A stretch of DNA of 64,000 nt from Gemmatimonadaceae bacterium (GTDB lineage: Bacteria; Gemmatimonadota; Gemmatimonadetes; Gemmatimonadales; Gemmatimonadaceae): the NCBI GenBank assembly GCA_036002925.1, contig DASYSU010000256.1:5216-69215 (forward strand), written 5' to 3'. Below the pieces are notes generated by a model. The model saw only the letters and a program-made list of their open reading frames with translations, made no database searches and was not told the DNA's origin. Below, one piece after another: positions 39,196-48,012 of this stretch. Numbering within the stretch: position 1 is the stretch's first letter; each line of letters begins with the position of its first letter. The translations under genes were made by a program, and so were the position numbers.

Positions 39196-39671
39196 ACATC
39201 GCGACGGTCGAGCCGTGGGTCGAAGCGCCGCTCAGGCGCTTCGTCGACGATGCGCGTGCCCGCCTCGCGTTGTTGTTGCATCCGTCGGGGCAGGTGATTG
39301 CGCAGGCGGGCTTCACGCGCGAGGTCGACGTGATGAGCGCGTGCGCGCTCGCGGCGGCGTCGCACGCCACCGCCGGCGAGCTCGGACGGCGCGTGGATGG
39401 TCATGCGTTTCGCAGTCTGCACTACGCCGGACCAGATCGGCAGCTCTTTCTGTCACCGGTCGAGACGGCGCGCGGGGCCTACATTTGCTTGACAGTCTTC
39501 AACGCCGAGAGCTCGCTCGGGCTCGTGCGCATTTACTTCGAGGAGTTGTGCAACGATCTCGCGGCAGCCGCACCGCCGCTGCCTGCCATCCGCCAACCGA
39601 CGATCGCCGCCGATTTCGAGCTCGACCTCAATCGGAACCTCGCGGCGCTCTTCGGACGACACCACCCGTAA
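39192..39671 (+). CDS. mglB: MglB-like Roadblock/LC7 protein (candidate MglA GAP)
   Basis: Roadblock pattern ending in ICLTVFNAESSLGLVRIYFEEL. From memory this resembles the ...VVIFDNRTSLGLVRLRIKK segment of Myxococcus MglB. The position immediately upstream of mglA matches the mglBA arrangement. Confidence 0.65.
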   Translation: MNIATVEPWVEAPLRRFVDDARARLALLLHPSGQVIAQAGFTREVDVMSACALAAASHATAGELGRRVDGHAFRSLHYAGPDRQLFLSPVETARGAYICLTVFNAESSLGLVRIYFEELCNDLAAAAPPLPAIRQPTIAADFELDLNRNLAALFGRHHP

Positions 39672-39689
39672 CGCCTCCCGCATCGTCCT

Positions 39690-40313
39690 GTGTCGCTCGT
39701 CAACTACGCCACCCGCGAGATCACGTGCAAGATCGTCTACTACGGACCCGGCCGGTCCGGTAAGACGACCAACCTGCACTACATCTACGGTCAGGTGCCC
39801 GATGATCGGAAAGGCCGCATGGTGTCGCTCGCGACGCAGACGGACCGCACGCTGTTTTTCGATTTTCTTCCGCTCGATCTCGGCTCGATCTCGGGATTCA
39901 CCACGAAGTTCCAGTTGTACACGGTGCCCGGTCAGGTCTACTACCAGGCGACGCGAAAGCTCGTGCTCCAGGGTGCCGATGGCGTCGTTTTCGTCGCCGA
40001 CTCGCAAGCACGACAGCTCGGAGAGAACATCGAGAGCTTTCAGGACCTCCACGCGAATCTCGCCGAGCAGGGAATCGATGCGCGCACGGTTCCGCTCGTG
40101 CTGCAGTACAACAAGCAGGACTTGCCGCGCGATCTCATCCTCACCACGGCCGAGCTTTCCGACGCGATCAATTTTCGCGGCGTGCCCGAGTTTCCCGCCG
40201 ACGCGCTGCACGGTCCGGGCGTGTTCGAAACCCTTCGCTCGATCGCCGAGGTCGTACTGAAGCGCCTCAGCGCGGGCACGAGTGCCGGCGTCGTGGCTGG
40301 CGCGCGGGGATGA
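39690..40313 (+). CDS. mglA: MglA-family Ras-like small GTPase
   Basis: KIVYYGPGRSGKTTNL P-loop. Intrinsic Arg in TQTDRTLFFDFLP. The MglA-specific switch II TVPGQ replaces DxxGQ. NKQD G4 box. By eye it is near-colinear with M. xanthus MglA as I remember it. GTG start. Confidence 0.9.
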   Translation: MSLVNYATREITCKIVYYGPGRSGKTTNLHYIYGQVPDDRKGRMVSLATQTDRTLFFDFLPLDLGSISGFTTKFQLYTVPGQVYYQATRKLVLQGADGVVFVADSQARQLGENIESFQDLHANLAEQGIDARTVPLVLQYNKQDLPRDLILTTAELSDAINFRGVPEFPADALHGPGVFETLRSIAEVVLKRLSAGTSAGVVAGARG

Positions 40314-42241
40314 ACCGAATGCAGATCGACTCCCGGCTGCGCTTCGACAATTTCGTCGTTGGCTCGGCCAACCGGCTTGCCGTGGCCGCGGCGCACGCGG
40401 TCGCCGAATCGCCGGGAGCGGTCTACAACCCGCTGTTCATGTACAGCAGCTCGGGGCTCGGCAAGACGCACCTCATGAGCGCGATCGGCAATCAGGTCGG
40501 GCACCGCAGCGACCTCGTTGTGGAGCTCGTGACGCTCGATGATTTCGTCGAGGAACTGCACGAGGCGATTGCCGCCGGCCAATCCGAGCGGCTCAAGGAA
40601 CGCTACTTGAAGGTCGGCGTGTTGCTGATCGACGACATGCAATTCCTCACCGGTCATCGCGAGACGCAGACGGAATTGCTCCGCATCTTCAACGCGCTGC
40701 AAGCGGACGGCCGACAGATCGTGATGACGAGCGACCGGCCGCCGAACGAGATCGCCGACGTCGATGAGCGTTTGCTCACGAGGCTCTCCGGCGGGTTGAT
40801 CGTCGACATGGGCGCGCCCGATTACGAGACCCGCATGGCCATTCTCAAGGCCAAGTGTGAAGAGCGCGGCGTTCGGTTTCGCGGCGGCGTGATCGACGAG
40901 CTCGGACGCCTCGAGTTCAAGAACGTTCGTGAGTTGCAGGGCGCCCTCAATCGGCTGATCGCGTTCCAAACATTGGGCGGCGAGCAGGTCGAGCCGGAGG
41001 CGGTGCTCACCATTCTCGGCGATCTGGCGGACCAACGCGCCCGCTCGCCGGCGCCACGCCCCGTCGGCGGCGAATTCGCGAACTTCCTGACCGACATCGC
41101 GTCGGCCGTTGCGCACCACGTGGAGCAGTGGAAGACGAGGATCATCGAAGGCATCGAGTACTGGAAGAGCGAGGGCTTTCACACGGGCGCGCTCGAGCGT
41201 GTGTTGGCGGATCGCACGCCGCCGACGAGCGTCGAGACGGTGCTGCGCGAGTTCGAGGCAGGCGTCACCAAACTGCGCGACTTGCAACGCCAACTTCTGC
41301 GCCTCGACGCCGCGCTCGCGGCGCACGACGCATTCCGCGACCCCGATCGACTGAGCGAAGCCGAGGATTTGCTCGAGCGTGCGCTGCGCACGTCGACGCC
41401 GCCGCCGGGTCCTTCGGCGGCGTTCACGCGCGCGGGGTTCGAGGTCAGCGTGAGCAACCAGCTCGCGGTCCGCGCGGCTGACGCGATCGTCGGTGTTCCC
41501 GGCTCGCGCTACAATCCGCTGTTCATCCATGGGCCGAGTGGGGTCGGCAAGACGCACTTGCTCAACGCGATCGGCAATGGGTTGGTTCAAGGCGCCGCCG
41601 GTTCGTCCGCGGTTGCGTGCGTTCCCGCTCAGCTGTTCATCGACGAGCTGATCGCCGCGCTTCAGGAGGGAACGATCGATCGGTGGCGCTCGCGATATCG
41701 CGCCGCATCGGCGCTGCTGTTGGATGACGTCCAATTCGTCGCCGGCAAAGAGCGCACGCAGGAAGAACTGTTCCACGTCTTCAACGCGCTCTATGCGGAA
41801 GGCAAGCAACTCGTCATCGCGAGTGATCGTCCGCCGCGCGAGTTGTCGGGTCTCGAGGAACGGCTGCGTTCGCGCTTCGAGGGCGGATTGGTCGTCCAGA
41901 TGCAGTCGCCGGATCACGCGCTGCGCGAGCGGCTGTACTCGCGCTACCTTCGGGAGCTCGGTGTCGAGCCGACGGCTGAGATGGTGCAGTATCTGTCGAC
42001 GAGGCCGGCGTTGAGCGTTCGTGAGATCATCGGAACGGCGAATCGCGTCGTCGCGTCGGCCGAAGTGGCGGCCGTGCCGGTGACGATGGAGTTCATTCGC
42101 GCCGCCCTCGAGCCCGACGACAGCGGCCCGGCCGGCGCCGCGGTCAAGCGCGCCGCTGCCGATGGATTCTTCCTCGACCGAGAGAAGGTCCTGTGGGAAT
42201 GGCCCGACGCGTCAACGCGGCTGATCGAGGAGCTGCGATGA
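40310..42241 (+). CDS. Protein with two tandem DnaA-type AAA+ modules and no DnaA domain IV (not the replication initiator)
   Basis: Module 1: FDNFVVGSANRLA, Walker A SSGLGKTHL (about nt 40460), Walker B LLIDDMQFL, sensor I IVMTSDRPP, sensor II NVRELQGAL. Module 2: Walker A GPSGVGKTHL (about nt 41546), LLLDDVQFV, LVIASDRPP, box VII ERLRSRFEGGL, SVREIIG. No helix-turn-helix DnaA-box-binding tail is present. ATGA overlap with the mglA stop. Confidence 0.75.
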   Translation: MNRMQIDSRLRFDNFVVGSANRLAVAAAHAVAESPGAVYNPLFMYSSSGLGKTHLMSAIGNQVGHRSDLVVELVTLDDFVEELHEAIAAGQSERLKERYLKVGVLLIDDMQFLTGHRETQTELLRIFNALQADGRQIVMTSDRPPNEIADVDERLLTRLSGGLIVDMGAPDYETRMAILKAKCEERGVRFRGGVIDELGRLEFKNVRELQGALNRLIAFQTLGGEQVEPEAVLTILGDLADQRARSPAPRPVGGEFANFLTDIASAVAHHVEQWKTRIIEGIEYWKSEGFHTGALERVLADRTPPTSVETVLREFEAGVTKLRDLQRQLLRLDAALAAHDAFRDPDRLSEAEDLLERALRTSTPPPGPSAAFTRAGFEVSVSNQLAVRAADAIVGVPGSRYNPLFIHGPSGVGKTHLLNAIGNGLVQGAAGSSAVACVPAQLFIDELIAALQEGTIDRWRSRYRAASALLLDDVQFVAGKERTQEELFHVFNALYAEGKQLVIASDRPPRELSGLEERLRSRFEGGLVVQMQSPDHALRERLYSRYLRELGVEPTAEMVQYLSTRPALSVREIIGTANRVVASAEVAAVPVTMEFIRAALEPDDSGPAGAAVKRAAADGFFLDREKVLWEWPDASTRLIEELR

Positions 42242-42255
42242 GGAGGGCCATCTAG

Positions 42256-43875
42256 ATGGCCATTCGCGGCAGCCTGAAAGAGGCCAGCCTTCCCGACGTG
42301 CTTCAACTCCTCGCCATGGGGAAGAAGACCGGCTGCCTGAGTGTCACGCATCGCTCGAACTTCGGGAACATCTACTTCGAGCGCGGGCGCATTTGTTATG
42401 CGTCGATCGTCAATCGGCGCGACCGACTCGGTGACGTGCTCGTGAAGAGTGGTGCGCTCGCGCAATCGCAGCTGGATGCGGCGATTGCGTTGCAGGATCG
42501 CCGGCGCGACAAACGGTTGGGGGAGTTGTTGGTCGAAATGGGCGCGCTGCGGATCGAGGAGCTGCACGACGCGATCGAGGTGCAGATTCGCGAGGCGGTC
42601 TACTACCTGTTTACGTGGAACCAAGGGACGTTCAACTTCGAAGCGGACGTCGCTCCCGATCAGCTCGACCACGTCGTGTCGATCAATCCCGAGTCGTTGC
42701 TGCTCGAAGGTGCGCGCCGCGTCGACGAGTGGGGCCTGATCGAGAAGAAGATTCCCACGTTCGATCTGATTTTCGAGGCGGATCGCCCGCATGCGTCGGT
42801 GAGCGACGTCGAATTGACGAACGAGCAACGCATCGTGCTCGATCTGGTCGACGGGGCGCGCGACGTGCAAGCGATCGTCGACCAGTCGGGGCTGGTCGAG
42901 TTCGAGGTCGGGAAGGCGCTGTATGGACTGGTCACCACCGGATTCATCCACCGGATCGGCAAGAGCGCCGGTCCGCCGCAGGCGTTGTCCGAAGGCCGGG
43001 CGGAAGAGCATCGCAATCTGGGAATCGCGTTCTACAAAACGGGCATGCTCGACGAGTCGCTCCGCGAATTTCGACGCGTACTCGAGCTGCGTGGAAACGA
43101 CGCGTCGGCGCGATTCTACGTCGGGCTGGTGTTGTCGCGTCAAGGTCAATGGGACGAAGCCGTGGCGACGTTCGCCGATGCCGCCGCCCAACCCGGGGCC
43201 AAGCCGGCGATCTTTCACAATCTCGCATACGCGCTCGAGCAGCAGCGTCGATACGACGAGGCGCGCATCGCGCTCGACGAGGCGATTCGGCGGGGCGGCT
43301 CGAAGAATCCACGCATGCAGACGTCTGCCGGCATCATCTGTCTCCTTGCCGGAGATCTCGAGGGCGCCGACGCAAAACTCTCCGCGGCGCGAGCACTGTT
43401 CGCCGGCGGGGCACCGACCGCGGCGTGGTTTCACTACATGGCACTGACCGCCGCCCTTCTCGGAGACTCGACGCGCGCCATCGAGACGCTCAACCAAGGT
43501 GTTGCAGCGCATCCGCACGCGGCCGCGCTGCTCAACAACCTCGCGGTGGTCTTGGAGCGAGCCGGCCGCTACGACGAAGCGCGGGCTGCCGCGGACCGAG
43601 GCATCCATGAGGATCCGACGCTGCCGCAATTGCACAAGAATTTCGGCGATCTACAATACCGAGCGACGCAGTACGACGACGCGCTGGAGTCGTATCTCCG
43701 CGCCACCAAGGCGCATCCCGAGTTGGGCAGCGACGTGTATCTCAAGCTCGGGAACATTCGCCTGCGCCGTCGCGAGCGCGACGAGGCCGTGCGGTGCTGG
43801 GAGCGTGCGCTGGAGCTCGACCCGGACAACGCCATCGTGCGCACGAATCTCGAGTCGGTTCGTCAGGTCTTCTGA
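42256..43875 (+). CDS. PATAN (DUF4388) domain protein with C-terminal TPRs, paralog 2
   Basis: GSLKEASLPDVLQLLAMGKKTGCLSVT...GRICYA and SLLLEGARRVDEW parallel the 37006-38049 protein. The C-terminal half is TPR. A good AGGAGG sits 9 nt upstream. Confidence 0.65.
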   Translation: MAIRGSLKEASLPDVLQLLAMGKKTGCLSVTHRSNFGNIYFERGRICYASIVNRRDRLGDVLVKSGALAQSQLDAAIALQDRRRDKRLGELLVEMGALRIEELHDAIEVQIREAVYYLFTWNQGTFNFEADVAPDQLDHVVSINPESLLLEGARRVDEWGLIEKKIPTFDLIFEADRPHASVSDVELTNEQRIVLDLVDGARDVQAIVDQSGLVEFEVGKALYGLVTTGFIHRIGKSAGPPQALSEGRAEEHRNLGIAFYKTGMLDESLREFRRVLELRGNDASARFYVGLVLSRQGQWDEAVATFADAAAQPGAKPAIFHNLAYALEQQRRYDEARIALDEAIRRGGSKNPRMQTSAGIICLLAGDLEGADAKLSAARALFAGGAPTAAWFHYMALTAALLGDSTRAIETLNQGVAAHPHAAALLNNLAVVLERAGRYDEARAAADRGIHEDPTLPQLHKNFGDLQYRATQYDDALESYLRATKAHPELGSDVYLKLGNIRLRRRERDEAVRCWERALELDPDNAIVRTNLESVRQVF

Positions 43876-44690
43876 TGTCCGAGTCGCAGCTCGGAGACTT
43901 CCAGGTCCTCACGCGCAAGATCACGCTCGAGCGCGGGTTCGGGTGCGCCAGTTATAAAGAGAAGTGTCTTCGCCGGCGGATCGCGGTGCGGATGCGCGCC
44001 CGGGGCGTTCACACGTACGACGATTACGCGCGAATCCTCGATGCCGACGCGGGTGAATACGAGCGTCTGCTCGACGTTCTGACGATCAACGTCACCAAGC
44101 TCTTTCGGAATTGGGACGTCTACGCGTCGATCGCCGCGAACGTCGTCCCCGCGTTGTGGCTTCGAACGACGCCCTCGATCCGTGTGTGGAGCGCCGGCTG
44201 CTCGTCGGGCCAGGAACCGTACTCGCTCGCCATTCTGTTCCACCGCTATGTGGCGACGAACGGCATGCTTCCCCAAATCGGGCGGGTTCAGGTGCTCGGC
44301 ACGGATATCGACCGACTTTCCTTGGCCGCCGCGGAGCGCGGACAATTCGAGTCAGCCGATTTCTCGGATACACCCGATGAGCTGCGTAGCCGATACTTCT
44401 CCGCAGCACCGCCGTTCGTCGTCTCCGCGGGCGTTCGCAGCCTCGTGCGGTTCGAGCGCCGCGACCTGCTCGGTGATCCCGCACCGCCGGGAAAGTTCGA
44501 GCTGATTGTCTGCCGCAACGTCTTGATTTACTTCGACCGCGAAACCCAAGAACAATTGTTCGAGAAATTCTATCAGGCCCTCGCGCCCGACGGCTTTCTG
44601 GTCCTCGGCAAGGTCGAGACGCTGTTGGGCCCCATCCGCCCGCGGTTCGCGCCGGTTGACTCACGCGAGCGAATCTTTCGCCGTCTATGA
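43875..44690 (+). CDS. cheR: Chemotaxis protein methyltransferase CheR
   Basis: SYKEKCLRRRIAVRM N-domain. SAM-binding IRVWSAGCSSGQEPYSLAI. CRNVLIYFD. I chose the MSESQL start (TGATG junction). The ORF-track start is 43794. Confidence 0.88.
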   Translation: MSESQLGDFQVLTRKITLERGFGCASYKEKCLRRRIAVRMRARGVHTYDDYARILDADAGEYERLLDVLTINVTKLFRNWDVYASIAANVVPALWLRTTPSIRVWSAGCSSGQEPYSLAILFHRYVATNGMLPQIGRVQVLGTDIDRLSLAAAERGQFESADFSDTPDELRSRYFSAAPPFVVSAGVRSLVRFERRDLLGDPAPPGKFELIVCRNVLIYFDRETQEQLFEKFYQALAPDGFLVLGKVETLLGPIRPRFAPVDSRERIFRRL

Positions 44691-45178
44691 GGGACACCTC
44701 CACCGAGGTTCTCGTCAAAGTCGCCGATTACGCGGTGGCCGCGAGCGGCACGATCGCCACGATCGGCCTCGGCTCGTGCGTCGCGATCATCCTGTATGAC
44801 GGCGTGGCACACGTCGGCGGTATGGCGCACGTGCTGCTGCCGAACGAGGCGATGTCGCGAGATCGCTCGAACCCCGCGAAATTTCCCGCGTCGGCCGTTC
44901 CGCTGCTGCTCGACGAGATGCGTCTGCTCGGGGCGACGCGCGAACGCGTGCGGGCGAAGATCGTTGGCGGCGCGAGCATGTTCGCCAATCTCATTCCGGC
45001 CGGCGGCATCAACATCGGTGAACGCAACATCACCGCCGTTCGCGGTGCGCTGTCCGAGGCGAAGGTGCCGATTGTCGCCGAAGATGTTGGCAGCGACCAT
45101 GGTCGGAGCGTGTTCCTGTTCCTCGATGACGGCCGCGTCGAAGTGCGGTCGCTGAAGAAGGGTTCGCGTGTCCTCTGA
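44687..45178 (+). CDS. cheD: Chemoreceptor glutamine deamidase CheD
   Basis: GLGSCVAIILYD (catalytic Cys), GMAHVLLP (His) and GERNI motifs. Confidence 0.85.
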   Translation: MRDTSTEVLVKVADYAVAASGTIATIGLGSCVAIILYDGVAHVGGMAHVLLPNEAMSRDRSNPAKFPASAVPLLLDEMRLLGATRERVRAKIVGGASMFANLIPAGGINIGERNITAVRGALSEAKVPIVAEDVGSDHGRSVFLFLDDGRVEVRSLKKGSRVL

Positions 45179-46247
45179 CAAGCTGCGCGTTCTCGTCGTC
45201 GACGACAGTGCGTTCATGCGGAGACTCACGTCACAGATCATCGACGACTCGGGGGAGTTCGCCGTCGCCGGCACGGCACGCAATGGATACGACGCGCTGA
45301 AACAGATTCACGAGCTCAATCCCGACATCGTCACGCTCGATGTGGACATGCCGGAGCTCGACGGATTGAGCGCGCTCGGCTACATCATGAGCGAGACGCC
45401 GCGACCGGTGGTGATGCTGAGCGCCGGCACCACGAATGGCGGACACACGGCCACGTTGCGGGCACTCGAGTTGGGCGCCGTCGACTTCGTGCTCAAGCCG
45501 TCGGGGGCGATCAGTCTGGATCTGCGAACGATTTCAGATCGGTTGCTCTCGGCGCTTCGCGGCGCGGCGACCGCGAACATGAGTGGACTGCGCATGCTGG
45601 CGCGCCCGGCGCCCGAGGGATTCGGACACAAGGTCGATCCCGTGTCGCGCTCCGATCGCGCGACGCGCGCCGTCGTCGTGGCGTCGTCAACGGGCGGTCC
45701 ACGCGCACTCTCGGCGATCGTTCCGCAACTATCGCGCGGACTCGCGGCTGCGGTGTTGGTCGTGCAACACATGCCGGCCGGATTCACCAAGAGCCTGGCG
45801 CAGCGACTCGATACCGTCAGCCCCATCCGAATCGACGAGGCGGAGGACGGAGAGCCCGTCGTGCATGGACGCGTGTATTTGGCGCCGGGTGGATTTCATA
45901 TGACCGTTCGCGACGACGGCGAGGGCCCGGCGATCGGGCTCGACAAGTCGGCCTCACTCTGGGGCGTGCGACCAGCTGCCGATCTCTTGTTTCGTTCCGC
46001 CGCGGCGGTGTTTGGCGCGTCGACGGTTGCGGTCGTTCTGACGGGGATGGGCCGCGACGGCGCCGAAGGAACACGCGCAGTCCGCGAGGCCGGTGGGCTT
46101 GCCATCATTCAGGACCGCGAGTCCGCGACGATCTACGGCATGCCCCAGGCGGCGATCCAGTGCGCGGGTGCCGACCGCGTCGCTCCGCTGCAAGACATCG
46201 GCGGCGTCATCGCGGAATTCGTCGACGTGGTTGCCCATGTTCCGTGA
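45168..46247 (+). CDS. cheB: Chemotaxis response regulator protein-glutamate methylesterase CheB
   Basis: Receiver domain (VVDDSAFMR, TLDVDMPELDG). Esterase triad contexts ASSTGGPRAL, VQHMPAGFT and GMGRDGAEG. Confidence 0.92.
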   Translation: MSSDKLRVLVVDDSAFMRRLTSQIIDDSGEFAVAGTARNGYDALKQIHELNPDIVTLDVDMPELDGLSALGYIMSETPRPVVMLSAGTTNGGHTATLRALELGAVDFVLKPSGAISLDLRTISDRLLSALRGAATANMSGLRMLARPAPEGFGHKVDPVSRSDRATRAVVVASSTGGPRALSAIVPQLSRGLAAAVLVVQHMPAGFTKSLAQRLDTVSPIRIDEAEDGEPVVHGRVYLAPGGFHMTVRDDGEGPAIGLDKSASLWGVRPAADLLFRSAAAVFGASTVAVVLTGMGRDGAEGTRAVREAGGLAIIQDRESATIYGMPQAAIQCAGADRVAPLQDIGGVIAEFVDVVAHVP

Positions 46248-46686
46248 CGGTGCCGCGCGGTTTCTCGTCTTTCGCATAGGGGCCGAGCGTTTCGGCGTCG
46301 AGCTTCCCGCGGTCGACGAAGTCATTGATGCACCCAGCGTTCAGGCGGTTCCCGACGCACCGGCAACAGTGCTCGGGGTGTCGACGATTCGCGGAGAGTT
46401 GATCACGCTGTACGACCCACGGCCGCTGCTTCATGTCGAGGGTCGACTCGACGGCGCCGCGTTGTTGTTTGTTCGAGACGACCGGCGAGTCGGTGTGGCG
46501 ATCGAAGACGTGTACGACGCGATCAAGATCGAGGACGGCGATTTGCTCAAGGCGCCAGGCGGCGGCGCCGACGCGTCCGACGGGATTCTCGTCGGCTTGG
46601 TTCGTCGTGCAGGAGAGTTGATCGGGATACTCGATGCCAACGCGCTGCTCGATGCGGCGATCGCCGGCGACGGAGAGAGGAAATGA
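46237..46686 (+). CDS. cheW: CheW-like coupling protein 2
   Basis: FLVFRIGAERFGVELPAVDEVIDAPSVQAVPDAPATVLGVSTIRGELITLYD. The start is set at MFRDG. The ORF-track start is 46093. Confidence 0.8.
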   Translation: MFRDGAARFLVFRIGAERFGVELPAVDEVIDAPSVQAVPDAPATVLGVSTIRGELITLYDPRPLLHVEGRLDGAALLFVRDDRRVGVAIEDVYDAIKIEDGDLLKAPGGGADASDGILVGLVRRAGELIGILDANALLDAAIAGDGERK

Positions 46687-47168
46687 AGAAGGACGTCGTG
46701 CAGCTTGTGATCTTTCGTCTCGGAGCCGACCTGTTCGCGGCCGACGTGTTCGACGTCGAGCGCGTGCTGCGGTACGCGCAGCCGAACACGGTGCCGGGCG
46801 TCCCGCGCTGGATCGCGGGACTGATGCCATATCGAGACACTGTCATCCCGGTCGTCGACATGCGTCGGCGGATCGAGCTGCCCGACGCGACGATCACGCC
46901 CGAGACGCGCCTCCTCGTGTTTTTCACCACCAATGGCTGGATCGGCGCGATCGTCGATTCGGTGTCGGAGGTCGCGGTGCTTCCGGCGGCGAATGTGACG
47001 CCGCCCCCAGCGTTGTTCCACGGGCTGCCCGCGCAGTTCATGCGCGGCATCGCCAAAGTCGGGGAACACGTCGTCGTCGTACTCGACGTCGATCTGGTGT
47101 TGTCGAGCAGCGAACGCCTTGCGTTCGAGCAAAGCGTCGAAGCACTGGAGCCGGCTGTACGTGCCTGA
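46683..47168 (+). CDS. cheW: CheW-like coupling protein 3
   Basis: LVIFRLGADLFAADVFDVERVLRYAQPNTVPGVPRWIAGLMPYRDTVIPVVDMRRR. ATGA overlap with the upstream cheW. Confidence 0.8.
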   Translation: MKKDVVQLVIFRLGADLFAADVFDVERVLRYAQPNTVPGVPRWIAGLMPYRDTVIPVVDMRRRIELPDATITPETRLLVFFTTNGWIGAIVDSVSEVAVLPAANVTPPPALFHGLPAQFMRGIAKVGEHVVVVLDVDLVLSSSERLAFEQSVEALEPAVRA

Positions 47169-48012
47169 AAGCGTCCCCGTAACGCTGCGCGCCCGGCATG
47201 ATGCCCTCGGCGGGCGGCTGGATGCGCCTGATGCCGCGAGAGAGCTCGACGAACTGAAGGCGGAGATCGGCGCGCTCTTCAAGGCGGTGGAGCTGGAGCT
47301 GAGCCAACTGAATGCGCTGCGCGCCGATGTGCTGCAACTCGTCGACCGATGGAAGGCGACGAAGGCCACGCAGCCGTCGCTCGCACCCCAGTTTGTCGCT
47401 GAGCGGCCCGTGGTCCATGCGGATCACATCGGTGCGTCGACCTTCGTCGAGAAAGGGTGGAGCAAGATTTCAGTCGGCGATTACGAGGGCGCCGAACAGG
47501 TGCTTCGCAAGGCGCTGGAGCTCGCGCCCAACGACGTGGCGGCCGCGTCGATGTTGGGCTGGGCGGAAATGCTGCAAGAGAAGTTCGATGACGCGCTCCT
47601 CAACTTTCAGAAGGTGCTCGCCCGCGAGCCCCAGAATGCGTTGGCCCGTATCAACGTCGGGTATATTTGTCTCAAGAAGCGGATTTTTGGTGAGGCGATC
47701 GAGCATTTGTCGCGGGCGATTCGTCTCGACAACGACAAGAAGGCGACGCTGTACGCGCACTTCTATCTCGGGTTGGTGTATCTCGAGCGCGACATGTTCG
47801 AGGACGCGCAGACATTCTTTCAGAAAACGCTCAACCTCGGCCCGAACTTGATCGAGGCGTACTACGAGCTCGGTCGCGCGTACTGGCTCAATGGCCGCCG
47901 AGAACATGCAATGGCCACGTGGAAGGCCGGCTTCGAGGCGAACAAGTTCAATCCGTGGGGAAAACGCTGCGCAGAAGTGCTCACGACGGTGGAGGCAGGC
48001 GGCTCGCCTTAG
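47119..48012 (+). CDS. Coiled-coil plus TPR protein
   Basis: N-terminal coiled coil (ELDELKAEIGALFKAVELELSQLNALRADV), then four to five TPRs. The start is uncertain (TTG 47119 or GTG 47161). Confidence 0.65.
   Translation: MRSSKASKHWSRLYVPESVPVTLRARHDALGGRLDAPDAARELDELKAEIGALFKAVELELSQLNALRADVLQLVDRWKATKATQPSLAPQFVAERPVVHADHIGASTFVEKGWSKISVGDYEGAEQVLRKALELAPNDVAAASMLGWAEMLQEKFDDALLNFQKVLAREPQNALARINVGYICLKKRIFGEAIEHLSRAIRLDNDKKATLYAHFYLGLVYLERDMFEDAQTFFQKTLNLGPNLIEAYYELGRAYWLNGRREHAMATWKAGFEANKFNPWGKRCAEVLTTVEAGGSP

Noticed and set aside
40310-42241. Reading the DnaA-like ORF as the chromosomal replication initiator, and the locus as oriC.
   Set aside because: There is no domain IV DNA-binding region and no domain I. 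No adjacent dnaN or recF is present, and I noticed no cluster of TTATCCACA-like boxes. The gene is embedded in a signalling operon.
35309-43635. Long minus-strand ORFs at 35309-37159, 40040-41917 and 41944-43635, antisense to the TPR, DnaA-like and PATAN genes.
   Set aside because: Same GC-driven artefact. All three are Arg/Pro/Gly-rich and lack motifs, while the plus-strand frames carry clear domain signatures and coupled start/stop junctions.
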